A stretch of 64,000 nt of DNA from an uncultured Candidatus Saccharibacteria bacterium (GTDB lineage Bacteria > Patescibacteriota > Minisyncoccia > Phycocordibacterales > UBA9973), in assembly GCA_964432275.1 (NCBI GenBank), contig CAYSMH010000001.1:11191-75190 (forward strand), written 5' to 3'. Every line of letters starts with the position of its first letter. Position 1 is the first letter of the stretch. A program made the translations under genes and the position numbers. The notes under the pieces are model-generated. The model was not told the DNA's origin, made no database searches, and was given only the letters and a program-made list of their open reading frames with translations. Below, one piece after another: positions 8,542-18,292 of this stretch.

Positions 8542-9120
8542 ATGGCAACAATAACAGCGCTCAAAGCTCTCCATGACCACTGGCACGAGGTCAACACTTG
8601 CGCGCTCAAGGCGACCGCTACACGCCCGGTCTATGGTGATGGCAACGCTGCAGCACGAGTAGTGTTCATAGGTGAAGCACCAGGAAAAAAGGAAGACGAA
8701 ACAGGCGTACCATTTGTCGGTGCTGCTGGGAAATTTCTCGCAGAGATGCTCGGGTCCGTCGGAATGAAGCGTGAGGACATCTATATCACCAACATCGTCA
8801 AATACCGTCCGCCCAATAACCGCGATCCTGAGCCCGAAGAAAAAGATGCATGTCGCGAGTGGCTCCACGCAGAGCTTGCTCTGATCAATCCGGATCTGAT
8901 CGTCTTTCTCGGACGACATTCTATGAATGACTTTTTCCCAACTGAAAAAATATCAAATGTACACGGCAAACTACTTGTTAAAAAGTTTCCACACATCGCA
9001 ACTACTCATTTCCTCCCGCTCTATCACCCTGCAGCGGCACTGTACAATGGCGCACTGCGTGCGCAACTCCTAAAAGACTTTGCAATAATCCCAAAACTAC
9101 TTAAAGAAATAGGGAAATAA
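8542..9120 (+). CDS. uracil-DNA glycosylase, family 4
   Basis: FIGEAPG, PFVGAAG, YITNIVKYRPPNNRDP, YHPAA. Confidence 0.93.
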   Translation: MATITALKALHDHWHEVNTCALKATATRPVYGDGNAAARVVFIGEAPGKKEDETGVPFVGAAGKFLAEMLGSVGMKREDIYITNIVKYRPPNNRDPEPEEKDACREWLHAELALINPDLIVFLGRHSMNDFFPTEKISNVHGKLLVKKFPHIATTHFLPLYHPAAALYNGALRAQLLKDFAIIPKLLKEIGK

Positions 9121-9160
9121 AAAATGCAGAACAGGGATGTTCTGCATTCAACTAACACAT

Positions 9161-9685
9161 TCATACTTTAAATTCTCGCCAATTTCTCGCTGCGCCTAAA
9201 TGAAAAAAAGATCGCATACGTTTTTTCTTTGCAGCTTTTTCTCGTGCTTCTATTTCTTCAGGATTGTCTGGGCACCAGTCTTTTTGTTGATGATCAAGAT
9301 TAATTTTCTGACGAACAACGGGCTCTGCTTTCTTGCTAAACATTTTTTCTTTCTTTTCACCCAAGAACACAGGTATTGGTTCTTGTTGAGGAATAAGTTT
9401 TTGTACCCATTGACCGGGCTGTATCGTATTGAGCCCATCTTTAAACGATTCTTTTTTTCTTGGGTTACTCAACGATTCTTCTATCTCTTTACTTATGGGT
9501 GCAAGAAGGGACCAGTCTTCATTTTCAGCAGAGATATTGTCCGTATCGAACTTAAACACTTTGCCCTGCTTGTCTTCATGGTATTTAGTAAAAAACGTTC
9601 TCTTGATCGAATAAGAAAGTTGAGAGAAAAACTGTTGAAATTTTAGCACAATTGGATTGACCTCGTGTGTACTATTAGTTTCCAT
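9161..9685 (-). CDS. AT-rich orphan protein
   Basis: 174-aa ORF; TTGACT(9749-54)-16-TATAAT(9727-32); A-rich leader; terminator aatgcagaac..gttctgcatt at 9123-9148. Confidence 0.65.
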   Translation of the reverse strand: METNSTHEVNPIVLKFQQFFSQLSYSIKRTFFTKYHEDKQGKVFKFDTDNISAENEDWSLLAPISKEIEESLSNPRKKESFKDGLNTIQPGQWVQKLIPQQEPIPVFLGEKKEKMFSKKAEPVVRQKINLDHQQKDWCPDNPEEIEAREKAAKKKRMRSFFHLGAARNWREFKV

Positions 9686-9766
9686 TATTTTGTTTTTTAA
9701 ATGTGGTTAGTTAATGAGTTTTCTTTATTATACCCAAATATAATAAATAGTCAATATAGTCAGTCG

Positions 9767-11002
9767 TTACTCCAATGCACACCCGCCATGCACTTTGCGG
9801 TACTTTTTCCCCTTTTGGAATACTCGAAACACATATGGGAGCGGGACGATATGGGTGAAATACCGAAAGTCGATTATTGAGCGCAGCATCCACGGTATCC
9901 ACCCTGTCATGATAAATGATCCATGATTGAAGACTGCCCACCCTACCCCGATTGGGATTACAAATGACGGCTTGACCGGCCGGTACGGTGCTGTAGGCTT
10001 GCGACGAGTCATTGCATGTATTTGGCGGGCAGTGTGTGCCCCATGATCAATAGCAGTCTGTGCGAGACCACTATATGGAGTAGCTGCGCCATCCCCGATC
10101 ACAAACACATGGTCATCTCCTGGAAGTGTGAGTGTTGGCGATACAACGACTCGCTTGCGCTCGTCAAATGTCACTCCAGGTATTTGAGTAAATGCGGTGT
10201 TGATACGCGTCCCTGCAGTCCATATCACAGTACGAGCATTGACTGACATATCTTTGAGAAAGACTTCGGTAACTTCTTGCTCAGCAAGCGTGCGATTGAC
10301 GAATATATTAACCCCCATTTTGCGTAGTCGTGCTTCAGCAAGTCGAGAAACTTTGGGTGGAAGCGTAGGAAGCACCCGAGGGTTTGACTCGATGAGGTCG
10401 ATCGTAACAAAGCTTGGGTCTACTCCATGCTCAACTGCAACCGTAGTCAGATAGCTACGCAAGTCTCCTGCAAGCTCTACTCCTGACGGTCCGCCACCGA
10501 CAATAAGTACATGGAGCATTGAAACAAGATCTTCTTTTGGGACGTTTTGTGCCTTGGCAAAAAGATCACAAAAATGTCGTTTAAGCCTAAGTGCTGCGGA
10601 TACTGACTTGAAGCTATGTGAGAGCTCGGGCAACCCTTTGATATTGAAAAAATTAGTCTCACTACCGAGCGCGAGTACAAGATAGTCATACTCAATCTCT
10701 CTCGTTGTCTCACCTTCTTGTACCCGTATCACTTGCCGCGCTTGGTCGAGACCTGTATAGAGTGCCTGCACTACCGTGACGTCGCGTGTACCTACTATGT
10801 CCCGCACAGGGACCGATACCTCAATCGCAAGCGCGCCGGTGACGAGTTTGTAAAGGGCTGGATAGTATTCGAAAACGGGGTCCTTGGTCACCAATGTGAT
10901 CGCGACGCGGGTGTGGAGCTTGTGGAGAGTCTTGATAGTCTCGATCCCGGCAAAGCCACTACCAACAATAACAACATGGGGGGTACTGGCTGATGAATGC
11001 AT
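9767..11002 (-). CDS. type II NADH dehydrogenase-like FAD-dependent oxidoreductase
   Basis: VVIVGSGFAG, YDYLVLALGS, IVGGGPSGVELAG, VFVIGD; start re-called to ATG 11002. Confidence 0.9.
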   Translation of the reverse strand: MHSSASTPHVVIVGSGFAGIETIKTLHKLHTRVAITLVTKDPVFEYYPALYKLVTGALAIEVSVPVRDIVGTRDVTVVQALYTGLDQARQVIRVQEGETTREIEYDYLVLALGSETNFFNIKGLPELSHSFKSVSAALRLKRHFCDLFAKAQNVPKEDLVSMLHVLIVGGGPSGVELAGDLRSYLTTVAVEHGVDPSFVTIDLIESNPRVLPTLPPKVSRLAEARLRKMGVNIFVNRTLAEQEVTEVFLKDMSVNARTVIWTAGTRINTAFTQIPGVTFDERKRVVVSPTLTLPGDDHVFVIGDGAATPYSGLAQTAIDHGAHTARQIHAMTRRKPTAPYRPVKPSFVIPIGVGWAVFNHGSFIMTGWIPWMLRSIIDFRYFTHIVPLPYVFRVFQKGKKYRKVHGGCALE

Positions 11003-11058
11003 GAGCGTAGTATAGCAGCCTGGTATGGCAAGGCAAAAAGGTCGTGTATACTTGTAAG

Positions 11059-11601
11059 GTGCAGAACCCTCATTCGTCACAAGAGAAGATTGATCCCCGA
11101 CAACCCGATGTAGAAACTCTCTTTTCTGAGCTGGTAGAGCGCTACCAAGACGCCATATTTCGATTTATATACTTCCGGGTAGCCAACCGAGCTATTGCGG
11201 TAGATATCACCCAAGACACCTTTACCAAGACATGGACATATCTACGAAACGGCAACACTATCGAATACCCCGAAGCATTTCTCTATCGAGCAGCGAAAAA
11301 CGCGCTCATCGACTACTACAAAAAAGAGAAGTCTGGATCGCTCGATACTATGATCGAGGCAGGATTTGATCCTGCGTCTCACAAAGACACCGATGAAGTG
11401 CTTCGTCATGATGACATTGCGACGATTCGATCTCTTTTGGAAACACTCGACGAAGATAGTCGACAAATTATTTTCTTGCGCTATACGGAAGAAAAACCAA
11501 TCGAAGAAATCGCAGCACTCTATGGCAAAAGTACCAATGCAATGACTGTCTACATTCACCGGATCATCAAAAAACTGCGCGAAAAATATCATGAAATATA
11601 A
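11059..11601 (+). CDS. ECF sigma-70 factor
   Basis: DITQDTFTKTW, FLYRAAKNALIDYY, region 4 EEIAALYGKS; probable GTG start 6 nt after TATACT. Confidence 0.9.
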   Translation: MQNPHSSQEKIDPRQPDVETLFSELVERYQDAIFRFIYFRVANRAIAVDITQDTFTKTWTYLRNGNTIEYPEAFLYRAAKNALIDYYKKEKSGSLDTMIEAGFDPASHKDTDEVLRHDDIATIRSLLETLDEDSRQIIFLRYTEEKPIEEIAALYGKSTNAMTVYIHRIIKKLREKYHEI

Positions 11602-12343
11602 CTTCGAACAACTCAATACACTCCGATCATTGAAACTCTCTGAAGAAGAACGAGGGCTTGTTCGAGCACATGTGCACTATCTCATGACAAATACCCCCAT
11701 TAAAAGCGCGGTACCTTCACTGTTTCAACGTGGACTCCATCACGGTCTACGTATCGCACTATCAAGTTTTGCATTTTTCATATTTGTTGGAGGATTTGTA
11801 TCTGCGGTTGCAGCCAATGCCCTCCCTGGAGATCCGCTCTATCCGGTAAAAGTTAGTTTCAACGAAGAAATTCAACTTTTTTTCCAAAAGACACCTGAGA
11901 AAAAAGTAGCGTACAACGCAAAACGTGTCGAAGCTCGGGTAAACGAAATCAAAACACTTGCGGAAACCAAAACTCTGACCAAGGCAAACCAAGCAACCGT
12001 CCAAAAAGCGCTCGATGCTCATATCAAAGATCTCTCGATAGATCTCACTACACTTAGTGATACGGCACCTTCAGCAGCACTGGCTGTCACTACCACGCTT
12101 GAAGACTCACTCAAGGCAAACAAAGCAATTCTCGAAAGTGTTATAGATCCAGCAAGTGAAGTTGCGGTGCAAACCGTAGACAACACGATTCAAGAAGTTT
12201 CAAATCAGGAAGTAAAAATTATTTCAAAAGAAATCGAAGCAATCTCAGCAGACATTACCGCAACCACTACTACCGCAATAGATCCGATTCTCCCCCTCTC
12301 TACGAGCGAGACTCCTCCCCCAAGTACTCCTGTCGAGCCATAA
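11591..12343 (+). CDS. DUF5667-like membrane protein, putative anti-sigma factor
   Basis: TM helix followed by ALPGDPLYPVK; overlaps the ECF sigma stop. Confidence 0.75.
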   Translation: MKYNFEQLNTLRSLKLSEEERGLVRAHVHYLMTNTPIKSAVPSLFQRGLHHGLRIALSSFAFFIFVGGFVSAVAANALPGDPLYPVKVSFNEEIQLFFQKTPEKKVAYNAKRVEARVNEIKTLAETKTLTKANQATVQKALDAHIKDLSIDLTTLSDTAPSAALAVTTTLEDSLKANKAILESVIDPASEVAVQTVDNTIQEVSNQEVKIISKEIEAISADITATTTTAIDPILPLSTSETPPPSTPVEP

Positions 12344-13628
12344 CACGCTCAAGGAGTATCGACAAGCCGATAACGAACAACGAAACCGCACCAAAGATAT
12401 ATGCTCTGGTGCGGTTTCGTATGGGAGTATCCGATATTTCTGCTGGTGCATCATCCAGTACCATATCGGCACTTTCGGGGTATTCATACTCAGACTCCTC
12501 TGCATAGCTCGTAGCTGCTACATTGTTCACTACCGCAGGTATAGTGCTCGCAGCAACCCCGCCACTGGGATCAACGAGGAGTACACTTGCCGGCTGTCCG
12601 ATCGAGAGCACAGTAAACGGGAGTGTTGTGGACGACTTGGCAGCGACGATCGTCATCTCGGGTACAGGGACCTTGGTAGTAGTCGTCACAAAGTACCATC
12701 CCGATAGATCGATATCGGTCGACGACGTATTTTTGATCTCTAGTGCTCGCTGATCTCGGATCGAGAGTATAAGGCCAGGTGCGATGACTGATACTTTTTG
12801 CGTACCCTTGAGTGTGTTGTTGACGTTCGTCGGGTCAGTGTAAAGAAATGAAACAACATAGGTACCTGGATAGCGATATGTGTGAGTGAGCTTCTCACTT
12901 TTGCTCTGCCAGTATCGTGTACCATCTCCCATGTTCCATGTATAAGTGCCGTAGAGTACGTTGTAACCATATTCAAACACAGGATGTGCCTCATACGTAT
13001 ATGGCTGACCGACGTACACAGTTTTCGGTATTGTAAATGCGATGTGTGGCTGGTTGGGCGATACTTTGGGTATCGGGTACGGATCTACCTCACTAGTAGC
13101 GATCGTGGCTACTGTGCCACCGCTCGGCTCTCCATCATCCGAGAGTCCTGTCTTGGGTGTCGCAGCAGCTGTCACCCATTCACCCTCTGCCCACTGCATC
13201 GTAGCCTTGGTACTTGCGTCACCAGCTGGCCACCCGCCCGCGAAACTGAGGCTCTCTATCGTTGTGCCGGCTAGATCGATGAGCACGAGGTCTTCGCCTG
13301 TATTTGCAAATCCGCTTGCACCAAATGCTCCCGCTTCATCATTGATGCCTGGTACCGCATCAGGTGCACTGGCTGTCGTTCGTTCAACAAGTAAATACTC
13401 ACCGGCACCGATAGACTTGGTCATCGTAAATATAACCGCACCATCGCCTTGCATCAGTTTCCAACCTGCAAGATCGACACTATCTACCCCATCATTATAG
13501 AGCTCAAACCATTCTGAATACTGACTTGCACTAGTCCCCATCCATGCGATTTCAGTAATACGCACATCCGCGTGTGCTACTGATGGAATCAAAAATAGCA
13601 CAAACGCCCCAACGTAAAAATAGTTCAT
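12300..13628 (-). CDS. secreted/anchored lamin-tail + PKD domain protein
   Basis: Signal peptide, VRITEIAWMG..EWFELYN..DLAGWKL, WNMGDG..HTYRYPGTYVV, C-terminal TM. Confidence 0.85.
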   Translation of the reverse strand: MNYFYVGAFVLFLIPSVAHADVRITEIAWMGTSASQYSEWFELYNDGVDSVDLAGWKLMQGDGAVIFTMTKSIGAGEYLLVERTTASAPDAVPGINDEAGAFGASGFANTGEDLVLIDLAGTTIESLSFAGGWPAGDASTKATMQWAEGEWVTAAATPKTGLSDDGEPSGGTVATIATSEVDPYPIPKVSPNQPHIAFTIPKTVYVGQPYTYEAHPVFEYGYNVLYGTYTWNMGDGTRYWQSKSEKLTHTYRYPGTYVVSFLYTDPTNVNNTLKGTQKVSVIAPGLILSIRDQRALEIKNTSSTDIDLSGWYFVTTTTKVPVPEMTIVAAKSSTTLPFTVLSIGQPASVLLVDPSGGVAASTIPAVVNNVAATSYAEESEYEYPESADMVLDDAPAEISDTPIRNRTRAYIFGAVSLFVIGLSILLERVMARQEYLGEESRS

Positions 13629-15553
13629 TATTCCAATACTTTTTGCAGTTGCTCAGTCGAGACTTCTGCTGTATTCGGAGACACTAAATTACTACTAATA
13701 TCTTTTTGTTCCGCGACAGGTATACTCGGTGGTGCGACTGTCGTAGGTGCTACAGGTACATCTTTCATTGCACTCTGAAGTGCAGCTTTCAAGAGATCGC
13801 GATTTTTTTCTGTTGGACCCCGCTCGGCATGTTTGACCGGCATGACTACTTGTCGCAATGGTTTCTCTCCCACAAACGGTGCCTCCGGTATTTTTTTCTC
13901 AACTGCATTAGTCTGTGAGCTCCCATCAATGGCATCAAGAAGATTTTTCAGTTCTGGTGATGCTTTTATTTCATGGGTATGAGCAACTTGTTGTTTGTTT
14001 TCTATCACAACCTCTTCTTCTTTTTTCTGAACAAAAGACGGTTCTTGCATACGCGGCGCCTTGTTCAACACTTTTGCAAATGGTTTGTGCACCTCATCTG
14101 TCGGTCGCGGAGTTTGGTTTTTGAACAATCCACGAGCAGGAGCACTGTTTCTAATAAATCCTGTAGCGGGTTGTTCGCGTGCAATAAATGGTCGAGGGGT
14201 TGCTCCTTCGGTAAATTTCTTCTTGGGTTTGTCATCCTGTGCACGATCTTCTGCGCCCTCTGCGAACCAGTCAGCAATATTTTTCTCTACTACTTCTTTA
14301 GGGTTAGCATATGTTGCACGTGAACTTTCGATCGCTTGATTACGGAAGGTGATCGTAGGTCGTGCAAGTGGCGGCAATGTTCGTGCTGAAAACGGTTGCG
14401 AACCAATATCGTTGATCATCAGCGATAAATAAATCTCTGCCATTCCCAGATTGATAATATCGTTTGCGGTAAACTGTGGTGCAAATACTTTTTCCAAAAG
14501 CTCAGCATCAAGTGGACCCACTCGAAATGAGATAGTCGTACCCACGTTACCAAACACTGCATCACGTACTTTTTCTTCCATTTGGGCAACATACTGATGA
14601 GCAATAATGAGTGCAAGTTTGTACTTGCGCGCCTCAGCCAAGATGTCGGCAAATGTTTCGTTAGCAAATGATTGAAACTCGTCGACGTAGAAATAGAAAT
14701 TGGGTAGCCCGCCCATACGAGCATGCGAGAGTTCTGCACGACTCATAGCAGCAAGATAGATCTTGGTGATGATCATACTACCGAGAAGTGAAGTGTTGGT
14801 GTCTCCGATACGCCCCTTGGATAGGTTGATGATGAGAATCTTTTGGTCATCCATCACCTGACGAATATCAAATGTCGATTTGGCTTGACCAATAATATTG
14901 CGCACGAGTGGGTTGGCTGTAAATTGCCCGATCTTGTTTTGGATCGCAGGCACTGCCTCGGCTGCCATACGCTCGGTATAGTTGGCAAACTCTTCGGTCC
15001 AGAATGCTTTGACTGCAGCATCGGTGATGTTGTCGACAACCTTTTTACGAAATGCTTTTTCTGAAAGCATGCGGTTGACCCCGAGCAGTGTGGCACCAGG
15101 ATACTCAAGGAGTGCGAGCAAGGTGTTGGTAAGGATGTACTCCATACGAGCAGACCATGCGTCTACCCATATTTTCTTGAACGTACTCATGAGGCCCGAT
15201 ACTACCAAATGTCGACGATCAGGTCCTACGTCTTCGAGTACGTTAAACGATATCGGGTTTTCGGTATCAAACGGCGCAAGATATACAACATCTTTAACAC
15301 GATGCTCAGGGATGTACTCAAGCATTTTCTCGGCAAATGATCCGTGTGGATCAAGTACTGCGACGCCTTCACCGTGGACAATGTCTTGGATCGCCATGTT
15401 CTCGAGCAATGTAGACTTACCCACACCAGACTTACCAATCACATACATGTGACGAGTACGGTCGCGGCTTTTTATACCGAACTTGATACGCTGCCCCCTC
15501 GCATCGGTTTCGGCAAAGTACGTAACATGCTCCGGATCATAGGGAACGGTCAT
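13628..15553 (-). CDS. VirD4/TraG/DUF87-like coupling ATPase
   Basis: RHMYVIGKSGVGKS, LDPHG, YVDEFQSF, ARKY..AHQY..Q, FGNVGT; low-complexity tail. Confidence 0.88.
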   Translation of the reverse strand: MTVPYDPEHVTYFAETDARGQRIKFGIKSRDRTRHMYVIGKSGVGKSTLLENMAIQDIVHGEGVAVLDPHGSFAEKMLEYIPEHRVKDVVYLAPFDTENPISFNVLEDVGPDRRHLVVSGLMSTFKKIWVDAWSARMEYILTNTLLALLEYPGATLLGVNRMLSEKAFRKKVVDNITDAAVKAFWTEEFANYTERMAAEAVPAIQNKIGQFTANPLVRNIIGQAKSTFDIRQVMDDQKILIINLSKGRIGDTNTSLLGSMIITKIYLAAMSRAELSHARMGGLPNFYFYVDEFQSFANETFADILAEARKYKLALIIAHQYVAQMEEKVRDAVFGNVGTTISFRVGPLDAELLEKVFAPQFTANDIINLGMAEIYLSLMINDIGSQPFSARTLPPLARPTITFRNQAIESSRATYANPKEVVEKNIADWFAEGAEDRAQDDKPKKKFTEGATPRPFIAREQPATGFIRNSAPARGLFKNQTPRPTDEVHKPFAKVLNKAPRMQEPSFVQKKEEEVVIENKQQVAHTHEIKASPELKNLLDAIDGSSQTNAVEKKIPEAPFVGEKPLRQVVMPVKHAERGPTEKNRDLLKAALQSAMKDVPVAPTTVAPPSIPVAEQKDISSNLVSPNTAEVSTEQLQKVLE

Positions 15554-15608
15554 AGGTATGTATAGTATAGCAAATAAAAAAACCGCTACTATATAGCGGC
15601 TTTGTTTT

Positions 15609-16307
15609 TTACTTCTTTTTCTTTTTTAAAATAGCCTTAGTTCTTGGTACTGCTTTGTTTGGAGTACCTGGTTTGTGTTGCTTACGATTTCTCCTTGAAC
15701 GTTTTTTAATTTTTTTACGAGGACGTACAACGCCTTCGTAATACGCTTTTTGGGCAAATAGTTCCTTGATTTCTTCGAGCTCTTTTTTAGTAATGCGACC
15801 AGTACTATTATCGGTAAGAAGAATTTTTTCAGATTTCCTAGTCACTGAAACCCAATGATATGTACCAATAGGACCTTCTTGTAACTCCATATAAGTATTG
15901 TTGGAATCGATAGGTCTATTCCTAAGCGCATCGACCAAAAATTTCCCAATAAGTACAGCTTTTTTGGAAAAATCTCCTGTCCTAAAAAGAGAAATAGTTA
16001 AAACTCTTTTTTCACCGATACCCAGCTTTGGTGAAGTAATATGGAACCAGATGCGACCAGACTTCGTTAATCCCCCTTTTTTCTCATCAATTGAAGTATG
16101 GCATATTAGTTTATGCCAATTTATTTCAGTTTGAAGCGATATCTGATTTTTGCTTTCTTTGATCCGTTGAAGTTTGGGGCTTTTTAGTTTTAAGACCAGT
16201 TTTATTCGCTCTTTCTCTTCGGCGGTTAAAATGTAGAAAGTAATTTTTAAAAGACCTGACTTGATCTTTCTGGAATGTTTCTCTGCTTCTTTCTTCGTAA
16301 GATTCAT
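15609..16307 (-). CDS. AT-rich, very basic orphan protein
   Basis: 232-aa K/R-rich ORF with A-rich leader, flanked by hairpins at about 15577-15604 and 16370-16397. Confidence 0.65.
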   Translation of the reverse strand: MNLTKKEAEKHSRKIKSGLLKITFYILTAEEKERIKLVLKLKSPKLQRIKESKNQISLQTEINWHKLICHTSIDEKKGGLTKSGRIWFHITSPKLGIGEKRVLTISLFRTGDFSKKAVLIGKFLVDALRNRPIDSNNTYMELQEGPIGTYHWVSVTRKSEKILLTDNSTGRITKKELEEIKELFAQKAYYEGVVRPRKKIKKRSRRNRKQHKPGTPNKAVPRTKAILKKKKK

Positions 16308-16415
16308 ACGTTATTTATTTTTAAGGTTCAAAATTTATTGTCGTCAATACAATACCACATATTTACAAAAAAGAAAGACCGCTCGTTACGGTCTTTCTAC
16401 TATCGGGATTGTCTA

Positions 16416-16478
16416 CTATTTTGCAGTTTTCTTGGGTTTCTTTGCTTCTTTTTTACGTGAGTTGTTACCTTTTGCCAT
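16416..16478 (-). CDS. 20-aa basic microprotein MAKGNNSRKKEAKKPKKTAK
   Basis: ATG..TAG ORF not in the supplied track; TATACT upstream and a terminator downstream. Confidence 0.55.
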   Translation of the reverse strand: MAKGNNSRKKEAKKPKKTAK

Positions 16479-16519
16479 GAATGAATTGTTTATACTGTTA
16501 TGTGTATAGTATAAGTCTC

Positions 16520-18202
16520 CTACTCTTTTTGTTCAAGCAGTATCATCATACGTGCAATACGCAACTCATCGTATGAATATTTATCTTTAAAAATTTCACG
16601 AATAGGAGCAAGTTGAGAGGTATCTGCAGCAATAAAGGCGTGCTTTATAGCTGCATAATCTTTGCGAACGCGCTCACTGACAAGGTAATCAATGTCGTCA
16701 TAGGCAAGCCTGCGCTCACTGACCAGCTTCTCAATATGTCCAAAGATTGTGGTCGGTGCCAAGTCACGCTCTTTGCTTATAGTCTTGATCGGCTTACCCT
16801 GCAGTACAAGCATGAGGGTTGCTTCAAGGGTGTCGACTTTTTCTTTCTTGGGTTTCGATACCTTTTTACTCACGGTGCCACCACACGCGAGGATGAAGTT
16901 GCACTGCATCGTCTCCCGCTCACCTCTCGGGATGTCACCAAACATCACTGCTGCAGCCTCTGACTGCTGAACAAACGTGCTATCGATAGCGAGTATGCGC
17001 GGATGGACCTGAAACGTGCGCTCGTTCCATCCGAGCAGGTGTAGCCCATCGAGCGTACGCACACGAGAAAGTGCCACGTACCCTTGCCCGTACTCAAAGA
17101 CTTCGCGCAGGTCCATGACTGCGCTGTCGAGTGACATACCCTGACTTTTGTGAATAGTGATCGCCCATGCGAGCCGGAGTGGTATCTGGGTGATACGCGC
17201 TTTTTCTTTGCCATTTTCTTCGACGATCCAGGATTCGGGCTCTATAGTGATACGTTCCCCGCTTTTGGTCTCAATCACAGGGTACTTGGTCATCGGTTCA
17301 AACGATACTACAGTGCCGAGTGTACCGTTGACGTATCCTTTTTGAGCATTGTTTTTCGTACACATGACTGTCGCCCCGACCTTGAGCATAAGTTTCTCAG
17401 GGGAAAGACACCCCTTTTGCAATGCAGCGACAAGTGAATCTTTACCCTTACTCGTCATAGTGTAGATGGTAGGTAAACTAGAGAGTCTAGCGAGTTCTTG
17501 ATCATTTATAGTATCAACATCAGTGTTGTGTGAAAAAAGACGTGTGAGTGTCGCGTCAGGGTCGAGAGCGTCGTCTGCGTCGTAGCGCCGACGCTCGAGG
17601 TGTTGATGGTGTGTATCACTGTACGTGTTTTTGCGAATTGCAGAAAGTACTGACAGAAACTCATGGTCGCTCTGACGATGCTGCTCGGTCAGATAGCAGA
17701 TCACCGGCTGCATACGACGCCACGCATCACTCTCAAATGCAAAACGTGCCTGATCCCCACTTCTGCTCACTGGCGGCAACTGAAAAAAGTCTCCGACGAG
17801 CACCACTTGTATCCCACCAAATGCTTCATCCCGACTGCGCATTTCACGACAAAGTATATCGATCATATCGAGTATCGCTGCATCGATCATAGAGACTTCG
17901 TCAATAATGAGTACCTTGGTGTTCTGAATGCGCTTAACCAGATACTCAGTTGTCGTGAGCTGATCAAGGTCATACGGACCTAGAGATCTTCGAATACCAA
18001 TGCCACTCCATGAATGAATAGTTTGTCCATGAATATGTGTGGCTGCGATACCAGTCGATGCAGTGATCGCAGGCTCGACACCATGCGCTCGCAGATATGC
18101 CACGTACTGGTTGATCGTATGTGTTTTACCCGCACCAGGTTCTCCAGTGAGAAATACGTTTGCTCCAGTTTTGAGTATATCGAGCGCTTGGGCTTGGGTC
18201 AT
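16520..18202 (-). CDS. PIF1-family helicase with C-terminal HTH
   Basis: FLTGEPGAGKT, IIDEVSM, GDFFQLPPV, LAWAITIHKSQGMSLD, YVALSR. Confidence 0.93.
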   Translation of the reverse strand: MTQAQALDILKTGANVFLTGEPGAGKTHTINQYVAYLRAHGVEPAITASTGIAATHIHGQTIHSWSGIGIRRSLGPYDLDQLTTTEYLVKRIQNTKVLIIDEVSMIDAAILDMIDILCREMRSRDEAFGGIQVVLVGDFFQLPPVSRSGDQARFAFESDAWRRMQPVICYLTEQHRQSDHEFLSVLSAIRKNTYSDTHHQHLERRRYDADDALDPDATLTRLFSHNTDVDTINDQELARLSSLPTIYTMTSKGKDSLVAALQKGCLSPEKLMLKVGATVMCTKNNAQKGYVNGTLGTVVSFEPMTKYPVIETKSGERITIEPESWIVEENGKEKARITQIPLRLAWAITIHKSQGMSLDSAVMDLREVFEYGQGYVALSRVRTLDGLHLLGWNERTFQVHPRILAIDSTFVQQSEAAAVMFGDIPRGERETMQCNFILACGGTVSKKVSKPKKEKVDTLEATLMLVLQGKPIKTISKERDLAPTTIFGHIEKLVSERRLAYDDIDYLVSERVRKDYAAIKHAFIAADTSQLAPIREIFKDKYSYDELRIARMMILLEQKE

Positions 18203-18292
18203 GTGGGGATAGTGTACTACAGGGAGATAAAAATAAAATAAAAAAAGCCACCCTTTAAAAAGGATGGCTTTCAGAAACTACAACAATCACGA

